This document shows, piece by piece, positions 40,267-53,151 of a stretch of 64,000 nucleotides of DNA. Both the position numbers and the translations under genes were made by a program. The notes beneath the pieces were generated by a model, which was not told where the DNA came from, did no database searches, and saw only the letters and a list, made by a program, of their open reading frames with translations. Within the stretch, counting starts at the first letter, position 1; every line of letters starts with the position of its first letter. This stretch comes from Marsupella aquatica (taxonomy: Eukaryota; Plantae; Marchantiophyta): NCBI GenBank assembly GCA_973895155.1, contig OZ316895.1, forward strand, positions 11,492,858-11,556,857, given 5' to 3'.

Positions 40267-42137
40267 TCAAAGCACAGACAGTTTGGCTGTCTTATGCCGC
40301 CTTCTGAGCTTTGTTGGGACATGCTGCTCAGAGGGAAAAGACGGTTCCACGGATGCTGCTGAGTCAGACGTATGAGGACTGACCAGTGATTCATCTGACT
40401 TTTTCTTTTCTGATTCCTTCTTTTGTTGGTTGTTTTTGCCCATTTTCTTCGCCCGGGCCTTGTTCAGATGATGTTGACACAGGGAGAAACCCTCAACCAC
40501 TCTCAAAGGACATCGCCAGTTGTGCCCATCAGTTCTACCGCATAGTTTTTTAACTTGCCCATTAGTAGCCTCATCCTTCTCAGCGATCTGAGCTAGTCCT
40601 TTGTATTTCCATCCCTTGGGGAAAATGTCTTCACCAGTCGATTTCTGCTGGGCACTAGTTTCTACCTTTTGCGTCTTAGCCCTATCCCGTTTCCTATCAC
40701 CAACATCGGTCCCGGCCTCCTGAGATTTTTCCCTCTGCTTTTTCCTGTCATCAACAGCATTCACGACTTTCTCTACCTTCGTCTTCAGCTTATTCCTATC
40801 ATCAACATCCTCCTCTAATCCCTCCGATTCTGCCTTCATTTGATTCCTCTCACAATCATCAGTCATCTCCTTGTCTGGCTTCAACCCCGGATTCTCTTCA
40901 GTCACATTAGCATCGTCCTTTTTCACGTTACCATTGTCAGTGACTACATAAGCTGACTCTGCTCTCATATTATGCCTCTCACATGTACCTTGATCCTGAG
41001 GTGTCCTCAAGATTTTCAACCTGCGTCTGTTGCCGTCACTACCACCATTAACTTCAGTAGTCACTGCTTTCTGTGTATTCTGGTCTGCCCTGCAACCACC
41101 AACAGCTGTCGAGGGCTGATCCTTCGACTCAGACTCCCAAGGTTTCTGACGCCTCTTTCTTCCAGTAGAATGCCCAAAGACCAGTTCCTGCAAAACTCGG
41201 GAAGTTTCCTCATTGCCTGGCTCTCGCTCTAAACAGTGGACCTGTAATAATCCTGAGATCAGTCCTTGCATTGGCTCGGCCCCTACCAGACCTCTTTTAG
41301 CACGTTCCACTCGGGCTGACAAATCAGAATCAACCACCTGTAGAAGACACAAACACGACCTCTCAACACATGGGACATAAAGAAGACTTTGTCGACTATT
41401 AATAGGAATACAAGCCAAATAACCAAATCCCTGACTGACTCCGAGCAGAACGCTGGTGAGCTTCTGAGACGAGGGCCGTCATCGAAGGCCTTGTCACATC
41501 CGACGTTGACCTACCAGCTCAACTGTAGGAGAATGTACGGATTCTGACGCGACTTTCCAAGGGTGGACATTACCAACTACTTAGCTGAATCATCTAAAGC
41601 CACAAGTCACGCAGTACAAACCTCGTTGTCAGCTACAGAGGAAGACTTAGACTGCTCTTCGTCCACGGTGTCTCGTCTAATAGATACCTTCTTAGGCAAT
41701 GCGGCCGGTCCATGATCAGAATTCCATAGCGCTGATAGCTTCTGGTACCAGTGATCAGTTTTGCTGCTGCTCTTGCTCAGCAAGCTACCTTGAATGTATG
41801 ATTGCTCCCAGACTTTCGCAGATGCTTTCTCGTGCTTTACGTTTTGCAAGTCAGGTTCTCGATGTAGTGACTTTGCGTTCATAGCAGCCATAACCTGAGC
41901 AGAAGCATTCTCTCGCTTAAGGTTACGGATCCCAGAGTCTTGCTCCAGGGACTCCAGACTAACGGCAGCCAACATGTGCATAGCGTCCTCATCGACTAGT
42001 TGTAACATGAGAGGTGACTGCGGTTTCCCTTCTATGTCCCGTCCGTGGGAGTCATTAGCAACCGCCGTATGTGAAGGTTGTGAGTCCACATCCTCAGTGC
42101 CGCGAGATGATGACCAGTTTTTCCTGATTCGAGTCAT
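40267..42137 (-). CDS. WRC-domain protein lacking QLQ (528 aa); exons 42137-41622, 41337-40267
   Basis: Starts MTRIRKNW with an in-frame stop upstream. WRC C3H motif CGRTDGHNWRCPLRVVEGFSLCQHH and a basic C-terminus. Phase-0 intron GAG|GTTTGT (41621)...CTACAG|GTG (41338). Confidence 0.85.
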
Positions 42138-42575
42138 GGTTTGCCCTTGTGCACACCGTAACACACCGGTAAAACTGATTGAGATAAAATCGAAAAGCTT
42201 GAGTTGGAGTAGATCGTCAGTCTAAGATGGCTCAAATTGTTGAGCTCAGATGGGTGACAATGAAGGCCAATAGATATATAGCATATTTGGGATATATGAG
42301 CAGGGGTTGCTATTCGTGAGACCAGACGAGAACACACACCAGCTGCAGGGACAAAATGAGTGTAATGGTCAGATCAAACAAAGAAGCCTCGGGCCATTAA
42401 CAAGCAAGAAATACCAGAATTTGAGTAAAGAAATATACCTCGACACAATTTCGTCAATTAATGAGATAACAGGGTGTGCTACACAAGTATAGAGTTACCA
42501 CTTACTTGCCCTGAGAGAAACAAAGGTCATCAGTGTATTGTGGACCACCAGCATGTACAGCTTTGAGGGTCTCAT
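42134..42575 (-). CDS. Predicted spliced uORF (92 aa); exons 42575-42506, 42342-42134
   Basis: ATG at 42575, donor AA|GTAAGT at 42505, acceptor CCCTGCAG|C at 42343. The frame stays open to a TGA (42136-42134) that overlaps the main ATG (42137-42135). Confidence 0.4.
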
Positions 42576-45136
42576 TCCAGCCCCTGCTTGCAACTTCTCA
42601 ACGATGAACTCCTATCCCTGCAGAGATATCAGGAGCAAAACTTAATTCCACTTTTTCATCTGAAACGAGAAAATTATTGCAGTTCCCTTTCGGAATAAGG
42701 GCCAACATTTGTCCTGAAGGTTATTTGCAATTACCCCTGGAAATAAAGTTGCGCTAATTCAAAGTCGATCGCCCAGAATCAATGTGGCTTTGCTCTTTCA
42801 TCCACCAGCCTACTTCTTCCAACTGCTACCGGGAGGAAGGGGAGTGGTCCAGTCACGATGAACATCCGATCTTTCTTTTACAATCTAGAACAATGGCTTA
42901 GGAACACATTGCATCCCCGGCATTCAAATCCATAGCAAGGACATCTGTGTTTATTATAATACCCAATAGCAAGTGAAAAGGGCAAAGATTCGTACATCTC
43001 TAGACTCCTGATTGCAGATGAACAATCGCGCAAGATTGGATTGAGATTGTTTGTAGTTCCTGTCCGCCTGTATGATTCAGTCCCATTTTGACCAAACTAG
43101 ACCTAATTTCAAATCATCACAAAACAACAAAAACTTAGAATTCCTTTCAAGCAAACACCCAACAAAATGCCTCCCTCTTTTCCAAACTGACTAGTACACA
43201 AGAAGCAATGAATTTCCAGACCCCAAACTCCCAATTGGAGACATACAACATACAACTTTGTTGTCACTTATTTTTCCACAGAGCATTATAGCGACAGACA
43301 GCTGAGCCAAGAATAGCAGGAAACCCCAGAAATGCAGTGCCGGACCCACAGCCTGTAGATACATAGCATACATTCCGTAACACCGTGAGCAGTACTCGCG
43401 CCAGAGAGAAGGGAGGAGAACATGAAGTTGTAGAGAGAAGAAAAGAAAGAATAATGCACCCGTGAACTGACAAACCCCCTCACTCCACGCCATTCCTCTA
43501 CCACATTGAGCAAGCGGGTCGCTCCAATCTGTACACAGTCAGACCCGTTGCCAAAACCAAGGCAGGCACACTACCAATAAAGCAACGCAGAAGAAAGGGG
43601 AAAAAAAAAAAACAAGTAAAACGCATCAACTATAGGTCTGAGACGTCGAGTCGTCCAGTACAGTCCCGGCCCCTGTAATCCAAAAGTACCACCCTGCCGC
43701 TGCATCCCCAACTAAAGCTCTGTATCCGTATCAAAAAAGCGCACGAAATAGGAGTAGGGCATGTCGTCCTTGACAGAGAGGTATCAGGCGCAGCACTACC
43801 ACACTACTACGGAACGCTATTTCTCTCACTCACTCGCTCCCTCTCCCTCCAAAGCGTTTTGACCAGGCCCTACTACCTTTCGAAAACATGGTGCTGCTGC
43901 ACGCAGAACGAGAAACGATGCTCATCAGCACTGTCAGCAGCAGCAGCAGCAGACGACGTCGATGCAACAGGAAGTAGTCTCCTCCCATGCTCATGCTCCC
44001 CCTTCTCCGACGAAGCAAGCTCGACGCGTCGCCCACGGACGCAGACACGAGAGACGGTCGTCGTCGAGCAGCAGCACAACTAGACGTGGTGGGCAAAATA
44101 ATTGAGCTCCCCCTCTGAGCGGAGAGCATAGTTCGAGTTCGACGTGCTGCCAGCTGCTGCTCTCCTCTCCTCTCCTCTCCTGCTCAGACTTCGCTCCTGC
44201 CCAAAGCCCGATAGGGCAACAACCACAACAACTCCACTATTCCTTCACCAATGACCACAAAATTGAACAACGACTCTCGCTGCTTCGCCCTCGCTTCCCT
44301 CTCTCTCCTCTCTCACTCTCTCTATCTCTCTCGTCCTTCTTTCTAATACAGGAAAAGGCAGCGGCAGCATGCACAATCCAATCTGAGTCTGATCTGAGTC
44401 CCGTGATGAGCCAAGCTCGTCCTGCCTGCCTGCCTGCCAGCCGTAGCTAGAGCATCAGCGCCAGCCAGCTCGCTCCCCTCGCTCGCTCGCCCCTCAGCGC
44501 CCCGCCCGCTCGGGGTTCCCAGCTCCTCCACCCCCTTCGTCCGTTCCTTTACCTACCTACCTCCCTTCCCCTCCCCTCCCCTCCTTCCATCACCTTACTC
44601 CTCCTCCTCGAGCTGCATCATTCTGCTGCTGCTGCACTACTATCGAATGGAATGGAATATCAGGGGAAAGCAATAAAAAAAGTGTGAAGGACAGCAATGG
44701 AATGGAATGGAATGGAATTGGAGCTTCGCCTTCCTTCGCCTCCTCCTCCTCCTGGTGGGAAAAACTTACTTGATTTTTACTGGACTGGACTGGACTGGTG
44801 TGGGTCACTCACTCCTCGCAGTCCGTCAGTCGCTTACAGTCTGGTCAGCCAGAGAGACGGACGGACAGACGGACAGACACACAGACCGTAGTCACTAACA
44901 AGCCTATACTCTCCTCTACTCTACTCTACTCCACTCCCGTCTCCACCGGGCCGACTTCTTTACTATGGTACCACTACTGCTACTACTCCTGCTCTCCTGC
45001 TCTGCTGCTCCATACCATTCAGCACGTCGTGCACAGCTACTAGCGGCTGTAGCCCGCGCTGTCAGCAACGCCACGGTGCCACCTTCCTTCCATCCTTCCT
45101 TCCTTTCCTGCAATCCTGCTATTCCTTCCTGCGGTC

Positions 45137-45489
45137 CCGCTGTTGTAGTAGTAGCAGTAGCGGAACCTGGACTTGGCCCACACAGCATTCTGTTCCGCTG
45201 TTGTAGTAGTAGCAGTAGCGGAACCTGGACTTGGCCCACACAGCATTCTGTTCCGCTGTTGTAGTAGTAGCAGTAGCGGAACCTGGACTTGGCCCACACA
45301 GCATTCTGTTCCGCTGTTGTAGTAGTAGCAGTAGCGGAACCTGGACTTGGCCCACACAGCATTCTGTTCCGCTGTTAAAGTGGTAGCAGTAGCGGAACCT
45401 GGACTTGGCCCACACAGCATTCTGTTCCGCTGTTGTAGTAGTAGCAGTAGCGGAACCTGGACTTGGCCCACACAGCATTCTGTTCCGCT
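45137..45489. repeat. Minisatellite, 6 x 58 bp
   Basis: Unit ccgctgttgtagtagtagcagtagcggaacctggacttggcccacacagcattctgtt starts at 45137, 45195, 45253, 45311, 45369 and 45427. Only copy 5 carries substitutions. Confidence 0.97.
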
Positions 45490-48400
45490 TCTCCTCTGGT
45501 CTAGAGTATGGCGTCTCTAAACTCCCTTCGTGATATGTTCGTTCTGATTTTCAGGGCACTGTTGGAGAAGAATGCAGCCCTGGAGATTTGGATCATCTCA
45601 AATTACTATATTCAACGTTTTTTGCCCCATAGTTTTATGCAATTAGAATGTTGTGGCCAGGTCCACCAGAAATATGTGGTTCTCAACAAAGGATACCAGT
45701 GTAACAGCATCCACACCAAAAAATTGCCTCCGTCCATGCCCTTAAGGAAAAATTCCCAAGGATGTTGATTTAACTTGCAGACCGTGAACACTGGGACCCA
45801 TCTCCCCATTGATTTAAGTTTGCTCATAAGTTGAGTCCAGGTGACGGCAATTTCTTGCAAAACAGGGGACAGCAGGTTCGAGTAGCCAACTCAGTTACGT
45901 CTACTGTCCACACAGCAAAATCTCAGTACACTCGGAAGTACAGATTTTTGCCGGGTTGAGACTTGAGACCCTAATATTTGTGCAGCTGCTTCCCGATCAG
46001 GAGATTGCTTGGTTGGGGGAGGGGGTCTCTGCTACAGTGTTTCGCCTCCACTCCCCGATGCTGTCCTACTGAGGTGACCGCTAAGAGATGATAAAACTTA
46101 GCATTACTTTATATTATATTATCACGGGTGGCGACATTTGCGCTTCGGCGGGGAATAATAGCACGAGCGATTGGGACTTCCAGGGACTTCCAGGGACTTC
46201 CAGCCGGGGCACATTTATTATTATGGCTTCTAGAACTAGAACGGTAGAAAGGCGGTACAGCTAAAATGCGGGGTCTCCAGCCGTCCCTACTACAGTGGCA
46301 GCAATCGTTTAGGGTGTTCTTTCTCCACCGCAGTTCGTTCACTTCGTTGGTTTATAAATAGGTGCGTCTTTGTTTCTTTGACACGGAGGATAACAGACTC
46401 TTCAGTCTTCACTGTAACCCTGGATAACATAACGGCGTTACACAGGGGTTGCAGTCTTGCTTGCTGGCTGGCGTGGCGATGGTACTGTCATGGAAGCCAC
46501 ACGCAATCATGGGGTGGCGAAAGTGTAATGATTTCGAGTGGTCCTCTGTCGACGTCACCGTCCAAACAGTCCTCTAAACAAATCATATGCAAATTATATG
46601 AAAAACGAAACGAATCATATGCAAATTATGTATATTTTATGGAAGGAATTTGGAAAGGAATTGAAATGCAATCGCTAATTCTCACTTGACCTGCTCATGA
46701 GGATAATGTTCTGTTGTCAATTGAAATTTATCTCATGAGAGTTTTTATTTACGGGTCCAGTTGCAAATTTGTACATTCAGAGTAAATTCCAAATCATCAA
46801 TTAACTCATGTTCATTGGATTTTACTTATCAATGGTGGAAATTGTGCAAAATGTCTTATCACTCATGTGGCAATTGAAAACACTTGTGTGACAAGTTAAT
46901 TGAAAACACTTCTATGACAAGTGTGAAGGAAAACCTGGTTCATATGCACCAATGATACACATTCTTTGATGTCAAATTCAAAATAAAAATTGGATAGCAT
47001 TGGAGGCAATGCAATAGGATAGTAATTCATTTTTAGCCATTGATATTTTATTGATCAATAGTGCGGATCATGTCACATGGATTGGTGCATATTGAAATTC
47101 ACTTGACATGTAGAAATTGCAATGCGTGCAAGAATGGCAAGGCATGCGAGAATGGTAATGCATGTAAAAATTGGTAAAGCAAAATTTATATATATTAGTG
47201 AATAGATACTGATATGGGTTGATTAGGTTGAAGCCAAATCAATCTGAATCCTTGTAATTTTACATTTCCTCCCTACTCAACCAAACGTGCTGAATTCGAC
47301 TAAGAGATTGAAGAAAGCTAGGGAAATATTCGATGAAAGTTTGAGCCTAGAGTGAGTTCCAAATTGTGAGTTAAAACTAAATTGATATCTACAAACCCCC
47401 ATGAGTCACTTGCAAAATCCTTGGCACCACAGCTTGCCATGACATTGGCAACCGCTACAAAGAAGACTAGTCATATTTTCAAATTGAAGTACCCACCCCC
47501 AATCATGCTTGCGTCACTTGCCATACATTTTGGGATGCCATGCTGTAGAAAAATATTTATATTTAAAGTAATTAAAATAGTAACCGCAACTGAAGACCAA
47601 GGAAATGTTTCATCGGTAACTTGTTTTATTCACATTTGTAATTTCATCAAATAAGCATAAATAATTCGTTCCATAAGTGTATCCAAAAACAGTTGTAACC
47701 AAAATAATGAAACCATAATTTTGTAACCGCCCAAAAGTAGCTCATTTAATTTTGATGCCGGAATTGTTGGCGAACAGGGTTTGGATGAGAGTTTTCAAGC
47801 AATGTCTAGCACTTTGAGATCCTAGGCATTGCATTGAGAATGGAGTGATTTCAGCTCAAACAAGGTTTAAATCTTGGAGACACTCTGAACCTAGACAATT
47901 GGGGAAAGTGAGGTTAAACAAATGATTGAGTTAATTTTGTTGTACTGAATTTGAAGGTTGAGGGAATTTCCAACTTGATAATTGGGACATGGGATAATGA
48001 TGTATAAACAAACCGAGTGCAAAGGAGTGGAATTGTATCAAGTTGAATTAACTTTAAAGCTCACAAATTTCCAACCAGGCAAATGGAGTGAGTTGAGTTG
48101 AATCAAAGTCTGATATTAACAGAAATCCAATTGGTGAATTGGACAACCGGGGCAATTCAACAAATGATCTAATGCCGAGTTTTAACGATTCAAGGAGTGT
48201 TGAGGGGTGACAAGTTGTGGCAAATGCTAGAGGACACAATGGAGAGCAGCAAAGGAGAAGTAGTAACTGAAATTGTAATGGTGCAATTCCACTTGATTTA
48301 ATATATAACTCCTGTAAAATCCCATCTTATGGCAGGAAGTGGCTATGACAAGAGCAAAACTATTGTCTGAGTCTCTGAAGTGTTTCTCCTTTGACAATTC

Positions 48401-49069
48401 CAAGCATAGAGATTGACTGTGAATGTCCCAAGATGTTTAAATGTATCAAGGGGCAGGATACAACATAACAAAGCAGCATTTGAGGGTGGGGACAACAAAC
48501 TTGCAAACTAAGACAAACTAGGCTGACCCTTTGTAGGAGAGATTTTGCCCAGCAAAAATGCAATGAAATAGGATGATAAATTGCTTCTAGCTGGCAAACA
48601 GTGAGCAATGCTAATTATCAACCAAGCTTGGTCACACTGTGAAATCAAGTAATCCTTCAATCTGTCAAATCCATGAACAATCCTTGTAAGATGCATGTCA
48701 AGGTCAATCTGCAACTTTTAAGCTTGTTAGGAATCTTCAAAATAGTTATAATTGAATAAATACTTCCACCCATCTTGATGGTGCCCAAAAATCTCCTAGC
48801 TGGTGACAGCCACCTCCAAATGATGTTTCTAATAAAAAGCCCTACAAAGCCAATTGAAGAGTCCTACTCAATGTTTCCGTGAGTATGCTGCTGTTTTATC
48901 TAACCAGTACAGAGGTCTGCTTGACCAATTTGCTCATCACCAAAATTGAATATGACTCTTTTTTATTGTACTGATTTCAAGTTTGACATAGATATCCCTG
49001 GGGGCGCTGTTCTAAAGGAGAGTCCATTTGCAGTTCTTGATATGCATTAGTTGTTAATGATTAACATGC

Positions 49070-49072
<3 letters not shown>

Positions 49073-49121
<49 letters not shown>
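49073..49121. repeat. (GA)n microsatellite
   Basis: Uninterrupted GA run of about 24 units. Confidence 0.97.
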
Positions 49122-49124
<3 letters not shown>

Positions 49125-49659
49125 AGCTAGGGTGTTTATGGTCAAAGCATTGAGCTCTGAAAACAAGCTCTCAAGAATGATTTAAAAATAAATTGCTACC
49201 CTGCCTCTACCTTAAGCCAACCTTACCCTAATTCGTGGCTGACTAGGTCAAAGCAGAGAAGCCAAAATCAAGTACTCATTGACCAAATAAGCTGAAATTT
49301 TGTTGAGAGATAGAGAAAAGATAATAGGGGAATATGTCATTAGATATTTAAATTCTCAAACGGAGCTCTAACTTGTGAGTTAAAAATTATGACACTATAT
49401 TCAACTTTATGTTAAGCCTAACCTTATAAGCTAGCTAAGTCAAAGCCAAGGTTTATAATTTAGACCATCCATCTTTGTGCATGTTTTACTTACTGGGATT
49501 TTCTAGATTGCCACTCTTTTCCAGAAATCTAGATTGAAATGGAAAAAATGTGTAGGAAAACTTATGCTCAAGTGATTTTTAGTTTTTTGTTGGGCTTGTT
49601 GAAAGTTTGAATATACCTTAAGTAGTTATCAATAAGAGTTACTTTCAACTGAAACACAC

Positions 49660-50215
49660 ACCAACCCTTGCAAATGTGTGCACCATAATGCCTTAACTTG
49701 TAACCTTATCAATTTCAAAGTCACAATCGGGGTAAAACAGTACACCGACCTTTCCTGATGTGACCACCAAAATGCCTTAACTTGTAACCTTATCAATTTT
49801 AGAGTAAGTTACAATTGGGGTCAAGTAGTACACAAATTGACCTTTGCAGATGTGTGCACTTGAATGTCTTAACTTGTAACCTTATCAATTTCAAAGTTAC
49901 AATTGGGTCAAACAGTACAAAACAGTACACGGACCCTTGTTGATGATTGCACCAAAATGCCTGAACTTGTAACCCTTATCAATTTTAAAGTTACAATTGG
50001 GGTTAAGTTGAGTTAACTTAGGGCACCAGAATGCCTTAACAAGTAACCTTATCAATATCATGATTATAATATTGGGGTCAACGAGTACACCTAACCTTGC
50101 AAATGTGTGCACCAAAATGACTTAACTTGCAACCTTATCAGTCTTGAAATTAGATTATTGGGGTCAAATAGTACACCAATTCTTGCAAATCTGTGCACCA
50201 GAATGTCTTAACTTA
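49660..50215. repeat. Degenerate tandem array, ~85-90 bp unit, 6-7 copies
   Basis: Recurring gcacca.aatgccttaacttgtaaccttatcaattt..aagttacaattggggtcaa..agtacac. Confidence 0.85.
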
Positions 50216-50519
50216 GCCTTTTTCATTTTTAATTCTTAATATCATATTTTTTTAAGAGTACTATCTATTGTTGATTTTCCATTTGCTAGTTGTTTTGGAA
50301 GTGAACAAAGGTTACCTCTCAATCTAAAGTCTCAATCATATGCCTTTTTTTATAGAAAAGTTCCTTACTTAAAGACAAAGTATTAATGTTTACGCTTTTC
50401 GACTTGTCAAGATTTGAGAAAACATCTAGCAGTAAAATAGAAAGCTCCAATTTCTGGTCGAATTGTACACTAAGTTTTTGAATTATATGAATGTTGTAAA
50501 TTATAAAATTTTATAAATT

Positions 50520-51733
50520 ATTTTCTATCATTTTTGACTGTTTGTTTGTGAGTTATGTTAAGCATTACCGCCACAAGACAGATTGGGAGGACAACACTTA
50601 GCTGTTGGTAAAAGAGCGCTTGTCGTTTCGGTGGGAAGAACGCACAAAATGAACGAGTCATCACTTCACATGAAGGTTTTGTAGTTTTTTGAATTTAAGA
50701 AAACTATGGTGTGAGGGGGAGACCAATGATTGTTTCTTTGACATAGAGGCTGCATTTGGCGTCAACCTGTGTTCAGAGTGAGCTTTAGTTGAGGGACGCA
50801 AAAAGCAAGCCTTGGGACAAGCGATGGTGATGTAATCAAAGAAATCAATTTGCAACGACTAAGTTTGTGATGGTGAGAAGATTGTGACATCTCTTAATCG
50901 AGAAAGGGTTTCCAATGAGTCTCAGATTGATAAATTTTGTCAAGTTTCAAATGAGTTTTTGAATTTCTTTGCCTTTCCAATGAGTGTGATCGACAATAAA
51001 ATTTTTTGATCATGAGTTCATGAATTCTTTTAGCTTTCCATTGACATTGACAAATTTCATGTCAAATTTTGTCATGGTGCTAAAGAGATCTAGCTTTCTA
51101 ATGTGTGACATTAGGAGTATTCATAAAAAATTAGAGAGAAAATAAGTATCCAAATTTCTCTAACTTTCCAATGAACCTAACATTGATAGATTTTGTCAAG
51201 TACAAAGGAGATGATGAGTTTCTAATTTTACTCTAGCTTTCCAATGAGTATGACATTATGAGATTTTATCAAGACAGTATTAAAGAGGTCATGAGTTTCT
51301 AAATCTTGATCTTGAGCTTTCCAATGAATCAAACATTGATAGATTCCATCAAGTACTAAGGAGATTGATTATTTAGTTTTAGAATGTGGAGCCAAAGGAG
51401 TTCTAACTATGTACATTTCTATCTATTGGTTTTTTCAACTTGCAAACAATTAAAAAATACAAGCACTTTGATGTAAAACACTGATATATCATTGAAGAAC
51501 ATCAGAATGGTAACTTTATTTTACTAAATGACATCTCTTCATTTGTATTTTGGTTTTTTTACGCTTAATATTTATGGCATGGCGCCCCCCAAATTACATT
51601 GGCTTTGAAACAAACATGAATGTGCGCTTTTGTTATTGTAAAAAATATGATCTTTCCTGTTTGTGGTTGGTTGTGCTGATATGACACAACCTCGTGGCAG
51701 GGAATTTGCCAGGGACCTCTCATGGGGGCCCAT
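50520..51733 (-). mobile_element. Helentron/HLE2-like non-autonomous element, copy 2 (left boundary unresolved)
   Basis: 50522-50908 matches 52198-52608 and 51529-51733 matches 52948-53151. An internal ctttccaatga array lies at 50908-51360. Confidence 0.5.
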
Positions 51734-51935
51734 AATCAAGTGCAAAAGGTGAAGTTTTGGAGTGACTAAAAAGCTAGTTTTAAAATGTTTTAGCCCTATT
51801 CTGAATTTTTTTTGTTAAAACCCTATCTTGCCTTGCAAATCTCAAAATTGGATTTGAAATTGTTGGTTTTTTCTGTCTCTTTCTTTCAGGTAGTCTATTT
51901 TGATTTTGCCTTCAATTGGGCTTCTGAGTAATAAA

Positions 51936-53151
51936 GTCCCTAGGCTTCTGCCCTTTCATTTAATTAATCTGTAGACCCCCATGTTCATCCAAGGAAATTG
52001 TGTGTGATGAAATGAAATCAATTTTCAGCAAGGCAGTAACCGATGGTTTTGAGTATCCCAGTGGTTTTTGGTGTGTGCTTGTACAAAAGAGAACGCTCAA
52101 AAGATAGAGGAGATCGATCTGGTTTATCAAACGAAAGGTTGAATGTGGAGGAATTGAGTTTTTGGACGGTTTTTTCTTACACATAGGAGAAATCATGTTT
52201 CTATCATTCTTGATTGATTGTTTGTGAGTTAGGTTGAGCATTACGGCCACAAGACAAACCGGAGGACAACACTCAACTGTTGGTGGAAGAGCGCTTGTAG
52301 TTTTGGTGGGAAAAATGCACAAAATGGACAAGCCATCACTTCACATGAAGGTTTTGTAGTTTTTTAATTTAAGAAAGTTGTGGTGTGAGGGGTCTGAGCC
52401 CAACAATTGTTCTTTCAACATAGAGGCTGCATTTGGCGTCAACATGTGTTCAGAGTGAGCTTCAGTTGAAGCTTGGAGGAACTTGAACAATTCATGTCGG
52501 GAAGCAAGCGTTGCGGACAAGCAATGGCAACGTAATCAAAGACATCAATTTGCAATGACTAAATTTGTGATGGTGACAAGATTGTGACATCTCTTCATCG
52601 AGAAAGGGAGGTGGAAATTTTCTGATGTTGCATTTCTTGAGTCAATGACGGTTCTTTAAGTGTGTGCAAGTTATACAATCATACAACATCCACCATTCAC
52701 CTCATCACTCAAACTCAAAATTCAGCTGAAGATCGCTCGTCCGTTTCTTCGACGACAATGTGATAGAATGGCAGTACTGTGTTCACAGTCATCTCTCGTT
52801 GGTATCTCTCTCATTGAAAGAGAGAGGATAAGGTATGATTTGTTACTTACTTACGTTATTTTAGAGGCAGTTATCTAACTCATTACATAGTAAATAATTA
52901 AAAAAAAACTCAAAAGGTAACTAATATACGGTTACAGTGAAAAAACTAACATCTCTTCCTTTGTATTCTGGTTTTTTTACACTTAATACTTATGACATGG
53001 CACCCCATAATTTACACAAATATGAACACAAACATGACAAGTCCTTTTTTGTTTTCCTAAAAACCTGCTCTATCCTGTTTATCACCATCCTCGTTGATGT
53101 GGCGCATCCTCATGCCAGGGAATTTGCAAGGGACCCCTATTAGGGGTCCGT
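51936..53151 (-). mobile_element. Helentron/HLE2-like non-autonomous element, copy 1
   Basis: Terminal palindrome GGACCCCTA-T-TAGGGGTCC then GTAAAAAA. Inverted subterminal copy GACCCCCATG at 51974-51983, weak hairpin at 51943-51952, A-run flanks on both sides, no TSD. Confidence 0.5.

Noticed and set aside
40400-40560. GRF identity or miR396 target site after the WRC motif
   Set aside because: No QLQ domain and no RSRKxVE-encoding site.
43830-44129. Secreted peptide with signal sequence RRRLLLLLLTVLMSIV
   Set aside because: The Leu run derives from a (CTG)n microsatellite in the leader. Kept only as a possible uORF.
45137-45489. CRISPR-like array or repeat-protein ORFs (44916-45478)
   Set aside because: Units are contiguous with no unique spacers, there are no cas genes and the context is eukaryotic. 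The ORFs are by-products of the 58-bp repeat.
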